A DNA stretch of 22,361 bases from Myxococcales bacterium (GCA_037441385.1 JBBISH010000105.1:1-22361); one strand, 5' to 3'. Positions 8,574 to 17,787 are shown, counted from the stretch's first letter. The notes: a model not told the origin generated them from the letters alone. Numbers and translations are program-made.

Positions 8574-9361
8574 GCGCCACCTCGCTGGCAGAACGGCCCC
8601 ACCAACCAGCGCAGCAGCCGCTCGCCGTCGCCGTGTTCCGGCAGGTCGCCCAAGCGCCGCCGCACGGGCCAGGCCGGATGCTGCAGCGGACTCATCGCCG
8701 ACTCGGGGTGCGGCATCAGGCCCAGGATCTGGCCATCGGCCGAAAGCAGGCCGGCCACGCCCCGCGGACTGCCGCTAGGGTTCGCTGGGGGCAACTCGCT
8801 GACCTCGTCGCCCAAATCGACATAGCGCAGCACAGCCAGCTGCAGTTCGTCGATTCGCTCCGCCAGGTCGGGAGAGAGCGGGACCACCCGGCCCTGGGCG
8901 TGCCGCACGGGCATCTCAAGAAACTCGGCTGGAGCGTTGGGCAATTGCCACAGGCACCGCACCCAGCGATCGACGAACTGACCGCTCGAGTTGGCCTGCA
9001 GCTCGATTTCGCGAGTCTGGGTGCCGGCGATGTTGGGCAAAAGACCAGATGCGGCCAGGATTTGCATGCCGTTGCACACCCCAACGATGCGGCCGCCAGC
9101 AGCGATCCATGCCAGAAGCGCCATCCATGCCGGACCCGCACGCAGCTCTTGGGCAAACGCGGTGCCGGCGCCGCCTTCGTCGCCAAAGCTGAAGCCGCCG
9201 CTGAGGTGCAGCAAGTCCAAGCTGCCCAAGTCGAAGTGCCCGGCCAAGAACGCGCCTGCGTCGACCAAGCACGCCGCCGCGCCGACGCTGCGGTAGGCCG
9301 CCAACGCCTCGCTGTGGCAGTGCAGGCCCAGCCCGTGCAGAACGCCCACGCGCGCGGTCAT
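8570..9361 (-). CDS. purQ: FGAM synthase glutaminase subunit
   Basis: GGFSFGD, nucleophile GVCNGMQIL, NPSGS, GLMPHPE triad. ATG 9361 overlaps the purL TGA (ATGA). Confidence 0.92.
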   Translation of the reverse strand: MTARVGVLHGLGLHCHSEALAAYRSVGAAACLVDAGAFLAGHFDLGSLDLLHLSGGFSFGDEGGAGTAFAQELRAGPAWMALLAWIAAGGRIVGVCNGMQILAASGLLPNIAGTQTREIELQANSSGQFVDRWVRCLWQLPNAPAEFLEMPVRHAQGRVVPLSPDLAERIDELQLAVLRYVDLGDEVSELPPANPSGSPRGVAGLLSADGQILGLMPHPESAMSPLQHPAWPVRRRLGDLPEHGDGERLLRWLVGPFCQRGGA

Positions 9362-11829
9362 AGCAGGCCCCCCATGCTCCAACTGCGCGTCATCGCGGCG
9401 ACTTCTGTGTCGATGAGCACGGCGCCGCGGCGCAGCACCTGGAGCCGCGGCTCAAAGGTCACGCTGCCCATCAGCGCCGCCGTCTCGCCCACCGCCGCCT
9501 CGAACGCTGCGGCATGACCCGGCGCCACCGACACCAGCAGCCGGCTGTGCGACTCGCTGAAAAGCCACGCCAAATCGCTGAGTCCATCGCCCGGCAAGAG
9601 GATCTGCGCACCCAGACCTGCGCCCAGGCAGCACTCGGCCAGCGCCACGGCCAGCCCGCCGTCGCTCAAGTCGTGACTCGACTGCAGTAGGCCCCGTTCG
9701 TGCGCCGTATTGTGCTTGAGGTAGGTGGTCTTGGCCTGTGGGCGCCGCACTTTTGGCACCCGCGCACCCAGCTTGTCGAACAGCGCATACAGCTCCGAGC
9801 CGCCGAGTTCGTCGTAAGTAGGGCCCAGCAGATAGATGAGGTCGCCCGCGGCCTTCCATTCGCTGCTCAGTACTTGGCGCACGTCGGGCAACTGCGCCAC
9901 CAGCGTCACCAGCAGCGTGGGCGGCACCGACAGCTTGACGGCGCCAGCGCGGAAGTCGTTCTTCATCGAGTCTTTGCCCGAAATCATCGGCACGTCAAAG
10001 TAGACCGACTGATCGAACAAGGCCTCGGCCATACGCACCAGCGCCCCTAGCTTCTTGCGGCCGTCGCTGTTGTGCTCGGGGTGGTAAACACTGTCAGGCA
10101 CACAGAAATTATCGCAGCCCACCCACGGCGTTGCGTGTTGCAGGTTGGGCAGCACGGCGCCGACCGACACCAGCGAGCGCACCGCCTCGTCGAACGCGCC
10201 GGCCGCCATCTCGTAGGGGTCCAAGTCGCCATACTTGGGGCAGATTCCATGCGCAATCGCCAGGCCTCGCCAGGCGTCGGGCTCTGGGCGGAGCACCGCC
10301 GCGTCCTGCGGCGCCAAACCGAGCTCGCCCATCAGCGGCTTGAGCACGCTGCCGCCCTGCACTTCGTGGTCATAGCGGCGAATCACCCCTTCGCGGCTGG
10401 CGATGTTGGGGCTGGCCAGCAACTGCAGCAGGGTTTGGTCCAGGTCCAGCGCCGGCAGCTCCGGTTCGCGGACAATCGGCGGGAGCCACTGCGCTTGCAG
10501 GTGCTTGCGCGGCACGCCGCCGTGCAGAAACCTCAGGTCCAGGTGCGCGACCAAGCGGTCGCCGTCGGTCACCGCAAACGCGCCCGAGCTGTCGAACTCC
10601 CCGATATCCGCCGCGAAAAGCCGCTGGGCCCGCGCCAGTTGCTGCACGGCCAGCACGTGCTCGGGGGGCACCGCCAGCGTCATCCGCTCTTGCGACTCGC
10701 TGAGCAGCAGTTGCCATGCGCCAATTTCTGGCGACTTCGCATCCAATTTCCGCACGTCGATGCGCGCGCCACCGCTCAGTTGCGCCAGCTCGCCGACTGA
10801 CGACGCCAAGCCGCCGGCGCCGTTGTCGGTAGACCCCAAGACCCAGCCCTGCGCACAAGCCTGCTCCAGCAAGTCCAACAAACGCCGCTGCTGAGCCGGG
10901 TTGCCGGGCGGCACCACGCTTGCCGCCTGACCCGTCTGTAGCGTCGCCGACGAGAACGTGGCGCCATGCACGCCGTCCAGCCCGGTCGGACCGCCCACCA
11001 CGACCACGCGGTCGCCAGGTCGGATCACTTTGAGGTGGCCAGGGCCGTTGGGGTACTCGGCCGGCAGCAGGGCCACGCTGCCGCAATGTACCAGCGGTTT
11101 GGCGGCATAGCGGCGGTCGTAGATCACCGCGCCCGCCACGGTGGGCACTCCGGTCAAATTTCCCGCCGCGGCGATGCCTTCCACGACGCCCCGCGCCACC
11201 TGTTCGGGATCGAGCTGGCCGGGCAGCAACGCCGCGACCGGTTGCGGAGGCGCAAAGCACAGCACGTCCATGCCAGCGATCAAGCGGGCTCCGCCCTTGC
11301 CAGTCCCCAAGGCGTCGCGCTGACAGCCCAAGAGTCCTGTAGTTGCACCAGTTTTGGGTTCAATGGCCGACGGGGCGTTGTGCGTCTCGACCTTGAGCAC
11401 CAGATGGTGGCGGTCGCTGTAGCGGGCCACCCCGGCGTTGTCGTCAAAGGCCGTGATCACCCAGTCTTTGCCAGCGCGCTGGTACTTGTCGCGAATCGTT
11501 TCGGTGGCCCGCACCACGTACGTCTTCAGCAGCGAGTCGACCCGCCAGGCCTTGGCCGCTTGCCCGGAACCCAGCTTCATATCGATGATGGCATTGAATT
11601 CCTTGTGCTTGCAGTGCTCCGACCACGTCTGCGCGAACACTTCCAGCTCGCACACGCTGGGCCCTGCGGGCAGGCCCAGGGCGCGGCGCTCGTCGCCCAA
11701 TCCGCGAAAATGCTGGACGATGGCACGTAATTCCGCCAAGTTCAGATTCAACCGCCGCTGCTCGGATACCGCCAGTAGCTCGGCGTCGCTGGCCGCCAAG
11801 GGCAGGGCTTCTGTGCGGCTATCGGTCAT
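9358..11829 (-). CDS. purL: FGAM synthase synthetase subunit (PurL without fused glutaminase)
   Basis: QTWSEHCKHK, DNAG, KVETHN.PS, DNGAGG, SESQERM, YDHEVQG, DNFC, ISGKDS, HDLSDGGL, LFSES. Start at MTDSR overlaps the end of purM by 11 bp. Confidence 0.93.
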   Translation of the reverse strand: MTDSRTEALPLAASDAELLAVSEQRRLNLNLAELRAIVQHFRGLGDERRALGLPAGPSVCELEVFAQTWSEHCKHKEFNAIIDMKLGSGQAAKAWRVDSLLKTYVVRATETIRDKYQRAGKDWVITAFDDNAGVARYSDRHHLVLKVETHNAPSAIEPKTGATTGLLGCQRDALGTGKGGARLIAGMDVLCFAPPQPVAALLPGQLDPEQVARGVVEGIAAAGNLTGVPTVAGAVIYDRRYAAKPLVHCGSVALLPAEYPNGPGHLKVIRPGDRVVVVGGPTGLDGVHGATFSSATLQTGQAASVVPPGNPAQQRRLLDLLEQACAQGWVLGSTDNGAGGLASSVGELAQLSGGARIDVRKLDAKSPEIGAWQLLLSESQERMTLAVPPEHVLAVQQLARAQRLFAADIGEFDSSGAFAVTDGDRLVAHLDLRFLHGGVPRKHLQAQWLPPIVREPELPALDLDQTLLQLLASPNIASREGVIRRYDHEVQGGSVLKPLMGELGLAPQDAAVLRPEPDAWRGLAIAHGICPKYGDLDPYEMAAGAFDEAVRSLVSVGAVLPNLQHATPWVGCDNFCVPDSVYHPEHNSDGRKKLGALVRMAEALFDQSVYFDVPMISGKDSMKNDFRAGAVKLSVPPTLLVTLVAQLPDVRQVLSSEWKAAGDLIYLLGPTYDELGGSELYALFDKLGARVPKVRRPQAKTTYLKHNTAHERGLLQSSHDLSDGGLAVALAECCLGAGLGAQILLPGDGLSDLAWLFSESHSRLLVSVAPGHAAAFEAAVGETAALMGSVTFEPRLQVLRRGAVLIDTEVAAMTRSWSMGGLL

Positions 11830-12895
11830 CGCGTTTCCCGGGCAGCGCGTAGCTGCACGCCGCGTCGCCATGGTACAGGTGCAGCCCCGGTGTGGCGACG
11901 ATCACGCCCGCCTGGCGTGCGCGCAGACCTACTGCGTCGGCCTGGGCCAGGACCGCCGGCACCTGGTCGGGCGCCACCACCAGCAGCATGCCATTGCCAC
12001 GGCCAAAGTGGCGCCAAGCATCGTAAAGCTCGATGTCGCATAGCTTTTCTGCCTGCTGCATCGCCGCCGTTGGCGGCCACAGGTCCGTCAGTACCGCCCC
12101 CAGCCCTTGCGGCGCCAGTACACGGCCCAGCTTGGCCGGGATGCCGCCTCCCGTCACGTGCGCCACTCCCGTTGGGTGCACGCCCTGGGCGCGCAGGGCG
12201 GTAACCAGCGGACAATACAGCGTACTTGGCTCAAGCAGCACGTCGCCCCAGCGTCGATCGTCCACTGCCGACAGATGCCAATCGTCGCCCAGCGCGCGCT
12301 GCAGACCACTGCGCAACACTGTGAAACCATTGGAGCGAAAGTTGTCGCTCGCCAGCGCCACCACCGCCTGACCAGGCCGCACGGCTTGGCCGTCGACCGG
12401 CTGCCAACCCGGCCGCAGGCGCCCCAGCGCCGTGGCGCTCCAATTGGCATGCATCCCGGGCCCAAAGCCTGCAACTCTTTGCCCAAGCTCGGCAATTTCG
12501 CCACCGGCCAGGGTCACCTGGGCCACCTGCGCGGCGGCGTGCAGCCCGGCCAGCAGGGCGTCCAGCGTCGCGGTCTCCAAGCGATCCACGTCCAGCACGT
12601 TGGTGACGGCCACCGGCTCGGCTCCCGCCGCCGCCAGGTCGTCGCAAACCATCGCCAGCAAGTCCCAGCCCAGGGTGTCGTAACGCCCCATGCGCTCGGC
12701 CAATTCCAGCTTGGTGCCGATGCCGTCTGCGGTCAGCGCCAGGGGCCCGCCGGGCAGGTCGAGCCACGCAGCATAGCCCGCCACGGGGGCCGGCAGCACG
12801 CCGCCCGCGCCAAGCCCGCGAAAACCAAACGATTTGGCAGCCCAGCCGTACGCCAGGTCCGATGCCGCTGCCTGCGCGCCCAGGTCGACCGCCAT
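11819..12895 (-). CDS. purM: AIR synthetase (phosphoribosylformylglycinamidine cyclo-ligase), divergent
   Basis: DGIGTK, GWDLLAMVCDDL..GAEP, GGEIAEL, RSNGFT, LLEPSTLY, AHVTGGG, G.GMLLVV. Starts 8 bp after the glmS stop. Confidence 0.88.
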   Translation of the reverse strand: MAVDLGAQAAASDLAYGWAAKSFGFRGLGAGGVLPAPVAGYAAWLDLPGGPLALTADGIGTKLELAERMGRYDTLGWDLLAMVCDDLAAAGAEPVAVTNVLDVDRLETATLDALLAGLHAAAQVAQVTLAGGEIAELGQRVAGFGPGMHANWSATALGRLRPGWQPVDGQAVRPGQAVVALASDNFRSNGFTVLRSGLQRALGDDWHLSAVDDRRWGDVLLEPSTLYCPLVTALRAQGVHPTGVAHVTGGGIPAKLGRVLAPQGLGAVLTDLWPPTAAMQQAEKLCDIELYDAWRHFGRGNGMLLVVAPDQVPAVLAQADAVGLRARQAGVIVATPGLHLYHGDAACSYALPGKRDDR

Positions 12896-12903
12896 CGCCG
12901 GCG

Positions 12904-14736
12904 CTACTCGACCGTGACCGACTTGGCCAGGTTGCGCGGCTGATCCACATCGGTGCCCTTGAGGTCCGCGATATGGTAGGCAAACAGCTGCAGCGGCACC
13001 ACGGCCACGATCGGCGCGGCCCACACATCCACCGGCGGCAGGGCCAGGTAGTCGTGCACCACCGCCCGCAGCTCGTCGTCGTCGGCCTGACCCACGGCAA
13101 TCACGTGGCCGCGGCGTGCCAGAATCTCTTGCAGGTTCGACAGGGTTTTCTCGTAGTTCGGGCCGCGCGGCGCGACGATCACCGTGGGGGTGTGCTCGTC
13201 GACCAGGGCGATCGGCCCGTGCTTCATCTCGCCGGCCGCGTAGCCTTCGGCATGGATGTAGCTGATCTCTTTCAGTTTCAGCGCACCTTCAAGAGCGATC
13301 GGGTGCTGCATGCCGCGTCCCAAGTACAGGGCCGACTGGGCGTCCATGTAGCGGCGGGCCACGTCGCGCACGTGCCAGTTCAGGGTGATGGCCTGCTCCA
13401 CCGCGCTGGGCACCTGTGCCAAAGTAGTCAGCAGGTTGCGCGCGGCCTCTTCGCTCAGCTTGCCGCGCCGACGACCCAGGTAGACGGCTAGCAGATACAA
13501 CGCAACCATTTGAGTAGTAAAGGCTTTGGTCGAGGCAACGCCGATCTCGGGGCCGGCGTGCGTATAGACCACGTCGCCCGCCGCGCGGGCAATCGACGAG
13601 CCGATCACGTTGCAGATCGCCGCCGTGCGCGCCCCACGCGCCTTGGCTTCGACAATGGCCGCCAAGGTATCGGCGGTCTCGCCCGACTGACTGATGGCCA
13701 CCACCAGCGTTTGTCCGTCCAACACCGGGTCGCGGTAGCGGAATTCGCTGGCCAGGTCCACTTCGACCGGCAGCCGTGTCGCCGTCTCTAGGTAGTGCTT
13801 GCCCACCAAACCGGCGTGCCACGACGTGCCGCACGCGACCACTACGATGCGGTTGATCGCCGCCAGATCCGCGGCACTCAGGCGCAATTCCTCAAAGAAC
13901 ACATCGCCTTGTTCCACCGAGGCGCGGCCGCGCACCGTATCGGTGATCGCCCGCGACTGCTCGTGGATTTCTTTGAGCATGAAGTGCTTGAAGCCGCCTT
14001 TTTCCGCTGCCACTGCGCTCCAACCGATGTGGGTGGGGGTGCGCTCGACCGTCGCACCGTCGGCGATGCGCCAGACCTGTACCTTGTCGCGCTGGATCTG
14101 AGCAAAGTCACCATCTTCCAAGTAGATGACGTTGCGCGTGTGGGCGATGACCGCCGGGATATCCGACGCGGCGAAGTTCTCGCCGTCGCCCAGCCCGATG
14201 ATGAGGGGCGACTGCTGCTTGGCCACCACCAACCGGTCCGGCCTGCTGCTGTCTACCACGGCAATGGCATAGCTGCCGCGGACTTGCAGGGCCGACTGCC
14301 GCACTGCCTCGGGCAGGTCCAGGCCTTTCTGCAACTGCTCGTCGATCAGGTGGGCGTACACCTCGGTGTCGGTCTCGCTGGCGAAGACATGGCCGCGCTC
14401 GCGCAATTCCGCCTTGAGCTCCAAGTGGTTCTCGATGATGCCGTTGTGCACCACCGCCACCGTGCCCACGCAATGCGGGTGTGCGTTCATCTCGGTGGGG
14501 CGCCCGTGGGTGGCCCAACGGGTGTGGCCAATGCCCACCGTGCCCTGCACCGGCTGTTCCAGCAGCAATTTGTCCAGGTTGCGCAGCTTGCCCACCGCGC
14601 GCCGCAGCTGAATGCCCCCGCCTTCGACTAGCGCCAACCCGGCAGAATCATAGCCGCGGTATTCCAACCGGCGCAGACCGTCAACCAGGATCGGGGCCGC
14701 TTGCTCGGGCCCAAGGTAACCGATGATGCCGCACAT
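12904..14736 (-). CDS. glmS: Glutamine--fructose-6-phosphate aminotransferase (isomerizing)
   Basis: MCGIIGY, LEYRGYDSAG, GHTRWATHG, HNGIIEN, SETDTEV, ACGTSWHAG, SQSGETADT, EIGVASTKAFT, EGALKLKEISY, KHGP, DQPRNLAKSVTVE. Confidence 0.98.
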   Translation of the reverse strand: MCGIIGYLGPEQAAPILVDGLRRLEYRGYDSAGLALVEGGGIQLRRAVGKLRNLDKLLLEQPVQGTVGIGHTRWATHGRPTEMNAHPHCVGTVAVVHNGIIENHLELKAELRERGHVFASETDTEVYAHLIDEQLQKGLDLPEAVRQSALQVRGSYAIAVVDSSRPDRLVVAKQQSPLIIGLGDGENFAASDIPAVIAHTRNVIYLEDGDFAQIQRDKVQVWRIADGATVERTPTHIGWSAVAAEKGGFKHFMLKEIHEQSRAITDTVRGRASVEQGDVFFEELRLSAADLAAINRIVVVACGTSWHAGLVGKHYLETATRLPVEVDLASEFRYRDPVLDGQTLVVAISQSGETADTLAAIVEAKARGARTAAICNVIGSSIARAAGDVVYTHAGPEIGVASTKAFTTQMVALYLLAVYLGRRRGKLSEEAARNLLTTLAQVPSAVEQAITLNWHVRDVARRYMDAQSALYLGRGMQHPIALEGALKLKEISYIHAEGYAAGEMKHGPIALVDEHTPTVIVAPRGPNYEKTLSNLQEILARRGHVIAVGQADDDELRAVVHDYLALPPVDVWAAPIVAVVPLQLFAYHIADLKGTDVDQPRNLAKSVTVE

Positions 14737-14821
14737 GCGCACCTGCCTGTAGAAAGTAGGGAAATGCGTGGGCCCGGCCTCTTATTCCACCCGAACGCGC
14801 GCAGGGCGGAAGGGGTCGTGC

Positions 14822-16936
14822 CTAGTCGTAGAACAGTTCCAGGTAGTGCACAGAGGGCACCGGGACCGTGCGGGTAAAGCTGGTGGAACCGCTGGTGATG
14901 TCGACGATACCCAGCTCGCGGTACACAAAATCCGTCCAAGTACCGGGCGGCGTGCCGTCCATCCAGGCCCAGCGGTAGCCGGCGACTTTGCTGCCGGCGG
15001 GCAGGCCGTCGACCTGGATGCGCAAGTTGTGCTCTAGGTTTTCTTTGGTGCCGGTTTGCTCGACTTGGAAATCCGAAACCATGATGCGGAGTACGCCCTT
15101 CTTGCCCATCGTCACAAACGCGTTGCGGTCGGTCGCGGTGGTGACACCGGGGACGCAGTCGGTGGTGCCGCCCTGGCTGGTCAAGCAGGTGCTGCGGGTC
15201 GCCATGACGACGATGCCCGAATCCGGGTTGATGCTGGCGGCGCCGGTCATACCCAAGGCGTCGGGGCCGTGCTTGACCGAGACCCGTTGCTTGCCGCCCA
15301 TGTAGTCGGGGTGGAACCAGAAGCTGTACCAGCCGGCCGGCTTGAGCGAACCCGCGGCGATCGTCTCTTGGCCAAACCACAGGTAGTCGCTGTCGCGCGC
15401 GCTGGTGATGAGCTGCTCTTTGGTGTTGGCGGTGTTGTCGGGATCCAGCGTGGGGATCCGCACCAAGTTGCCGATGGTGGCTTCGGTGGCCAGGCCCTGC
15501 ACCAGCATCTTGCTGGCGGCATAGAAGCCGCCCTTCCAGGCCGAGGCGCGCGCCGGATCGTAGGTCGTCGATTTGGGATCCGACAGGTTCGCAACCACCG
15601 CTGGCAGCTTGCTGATGCGCAGGTCGGCCAGCCAAATCGGAATCGCTTCGGTACCGCTGGCGCCGTCGACATACTTCTCAGACTTCAGGCCCTTTTGCGC
15701 GGCGTAGTCGCTGATGCGCTGCAGGATCTGCTTGGCCTCGGTCGGTGACGCGGCCTCGATCTCGAGCGAAAGATGCGACAGCGGCAAGCGCACGGTCTCT
15801 TTGATGTCGGCCCCCGCGCCGTCTTTGCCCGACACGTAGGTGTATTGATTGGCGGGCGCGACCACAAAGTCGATGAAGTCGTAGATCGGGTGGCGGTTGG
15901 CCGAGGTGGTGTCTTGCACCGCCAGATCGCCCTTGATCACCACCGACGGGCCAATGATCTTGACCACGCCGTTGGCCGGCAGCCAGAAGTGCTTAGTCCG
16001 CAACTCCATGGCGAATTTCTTGTACGCAGACAGCCAGGCCTGGCGGTCGGCCGGCACGTCGGCCTTGTAGCCGCCGGCGCCAAACGGATCGCGCAGGAAT
16101 TCGAAATTGATCAGCGTGTGCGAGCAGTACCACGGCCGGGTCACCGCCGGATCCTTGCTGAGGCACAGCGCGTCGCCCGTCTTGGGGTCGTTCTTCAGTG
16201 CCGGCTGCACGCGGTCGTACCACTCGGCGATGTTGCCCACCACCGCCATCCACTTGTCGATGTCTTGGATCTTCTGCCCTTGCGGCTCGCCGTTGGCGTA
16301 GGTGCAGGCCTGGCCGGCGCTGCCGATGTCGTACCCCACGGTCCACACCGGCATGGCGCTGGTGCTGCGGGTCGCTGCGATCAGTGCGTCCAAGCCCGTC
16401 AGGTTGTAGTTGGCGATGTCGCCTGCATTTTTCTGCACGTCGCCCGGCGACTTGTTGCGATCCGGGAACAGGCTTTGCAGCAGCGGTTTGCAGCCATAGC
16501 CCATGGGGATGCGCATCCAAGTGGCGTACAGGCTGGCGGCGCTGGTGGCGAACAGCTTGCTTTGGTCGTTGTCGGTCGGCACCAACGTCTTTAGGGTGCC
16601 GTTGATGCCCTGCATGGCCGCGACTTTGGCGCCGTTGGTGGCGGCGGGCTTGAACTGGGCGCAGTTGGCGCCGATGCAAACGCCCGAATAGTCCAACAGC
16701 TTTTGCGGCGAAAGCGCCACGGCGTCGACCAGCGAGCCGTCGGTCGCCAAGAACTTGCTCGCGTCGATTTGCACCGAGCGGTTGCGCACGGCGTTGTAGC
16801 TCTTGGGCAGCGTGATCGTCGCTTCTTCGACGCAAGCCGTCAGGCTGGCCGCGGCGAACAGCGAGGCGAGCGAAATGGCAACGGAAGTGCCCGCGAAGTA
16901 ACGCGGAACTTGGCGGGTCAAGGCGGCAAAACCCAT
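14822..16936 (-). CDS. Lipoprotein with putative GH39/clan GH-A-like TIM barrel and C-terminal beta-sandwich; canonical catalytic Glu residues not seen
   Basis: Lipobox LTAC. GAGGT RBS before ATG 16936. Barrel-like segments GING, WMRIP, FPD...YNLTGLDALIAA....PVWTVGY, FEFLRDP, KIIGPS, PLSHLSLE, IWLADL. C-terminal VPVPSVHYLEL. The 17500 start in the ORF track overlaps the kinase gene and is rejected. Confidence 0.65.
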   Translation of the reverse strand: MGFAALTRQVPRYFAGTSVAISLASLFAAASLTACVEEATITLPKSYNAVRNRSVQIDASKFLATDGSLVDAVALSPQKLLDYSGVCIGANCAQFKPAATNGAKVAAMQGINGTLKTLVPTDNDQSKLFATSAASLYATWMRIPMGYGCKPLLQSLFPDRNKSPGDVQKNAGDIANYNLTGLDALIAATRSTSAMPVWTVGYDIGSAGQACTYANGEPQGQKIQDIDKWMAVVGNIAEWYDRVQPALKNDPKTGDALCLSKDPAVTRPWYCSHTLINFEFLRDPFGAGGYKADVPADRQAWLSAYKKFAMELRTKHFWLPANGVVKIIGPSVVIKGDLAVQDTTSANRHPIYDFIDFVVAPANQYTYVSGKDGAGADIKETVRLPLSHLSLEIEAASPTEAKQILQRISDYAAQKGLKSEKYVDGASGTEAIPIWLADLRISKLPAVVANLSDPKSTTYDPARASAWKGGFYAASKMLVQGLATEATIGNLVRIPTLDPDNTANTKEQLITSARDSDYLWFGQETIAAGSLKPAGWYSFWFHPDYMGGKQRVSVKHGPDALGMTGAASINPDSGIVVMATRSTCLTSQGGTTDCVPGVTTATDRNAFVTMGKKGVLRIMVSDFQVEQTGTKENLEHNLRIQVDGLPAGSKVAGYRWAWMDGTPPGTWTDFVYRELGIVDITSGSTSFTRTVPVPSVHYLELFYD

Positions 16937-16975
16937 GGCAACCTCTGCGCGACCTGCGGCAGCTCGCACGCCCGC

Positions 16976-17004
16976 AGTATCGGCATGCGCAAGCCGATGG
17001 TCAA
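16976..17004 (-). promoter_or_regulatory. sigma70-type promoter for the 16936 gene
   Basis: Minus strand TTGACC (17004-16999), 17-bp spacer, GATACT (16981-16976). The -35 overlaps the kinase stop codon. Confidence 0.5.
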
Positions 17005-17720
17005 GGACGCGGCGAAACCCCAATCGGCCAGCGCAACTCGACCCGCAGGCCGCCCAGGGGGCTGGCCGACAGGCGGACTTGGCCACCCGCTGCCGCAAGG
17101 TGCATGGCCGCGACCGGCAGGCCAAGGCCCAAGTGACCGTTGCCGCTGCGGCGCGCCGATCCCTGGGCCACGGCCAACAGGTCGGCCGGCGGCTTGCCGT
17201 TGTCGTCGATTCGGACTCCGCGCCACTCGCCAAGTGCAAAGGGCGCCACCGCCACCACGCCCGGTTCGTCGGCATCACCGCACCGCTTGGCGTTCTCGCG
17301 CGCATCCAAAGCGTTGACCACCGCATTGTCCAAACACTGCACCCAGTCGGCCGGATCGATGGGCGGTTCCGGCAAGCCCTCTTGAATTTGCACGTCGGCG
17401 TCGAGCTTGGCCCCCTCGCCGCGGATTTGGCTTGCCCAATCGGCGAACTGCCGCGGCCGCTGCATCGAGCGCGTGGGCAGGGTGCGCATCGGTCGCTCAA
17501 ATACTGTGCGCGGTGCCGAAAGGTAGGGGCGCACGGGGGCCAACCAGCCGGCCAGGTCGGGGCGGTCGTCGCCCAGGTCCGAGACGGCCAAATCGAACAT
17601 CGAAACAGACGACACCAAAGCGTTGTTGACGTCGTGCGCCAGCTTGCGCACAGAGGCGACCAGCAGCGCGATGGCGTGCGGGTCCGCGGCGGTCACTTGG
17701 AAATCGATCGAGTTGGTCAT
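17001..17720 (-). CDS. Sensor-less histidine kinase core (HisKA-like + degenerate HATPase_c)
   Basis: H-box LAHDVNNAL, N-box LDNAVVNALDA, G1 DDNG, G2 GHLGLGL, GGQVRL...GGLRVELRWP. About 239 aa from ATG 17720, with only about 25 aa before the H-box. Confidence 0.78.
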   Translation of the reverse strand: MTNSIDFQVTAADPHAIALLVASVRKLAHDVNNALVSSVSMFDLAVSDLGDDRPDLAGWLAPVRPYLSAPRTVFERPMRTLPTRSMQRPRQFADWASQIRGEGAKLDADVQIQEGLPEPPIDPADWVQCLDNAVVNALDARENAKRCGDADEPGVVAVAPFALGEWRGVRIDDNGKPPADLLAVAQGSARRSGNGHLGLGLPVAAMHLAAAGGQVRLSASPLGGLRVELRWPIGVSPRP

Positions 17721-17787
17721 ACGAAATTCGCTTGAATCAGCTCCAGGGCTCCGGCAATTCGCTGGGCCTGCAACGGGGTTCGTCGCC

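Noticed and set aside
3830..14631. Long + strand ORFs (e.g. 3830-5488, 6891-8825, 8633-9517, 13795-14631)
   Set aside because: They are antisense shadows of well-supported pur/glmS genes in high-GC DNA and show no recognisable motifs.
3758..14736. Nucleoside natural-product gene cluster built from pur paralogues
   Set aside because: No tailoring, export or resistance genes are present and core catalytic motifs are largely intact, so primary metabolism is the simpler reading.
14737..14821. glmS ribozyme upstream of glmS
   Set aside because: The intergenic region is only 85 bp and I see no AGCGCC-type catalytic core. An Rfam search would be decisive.
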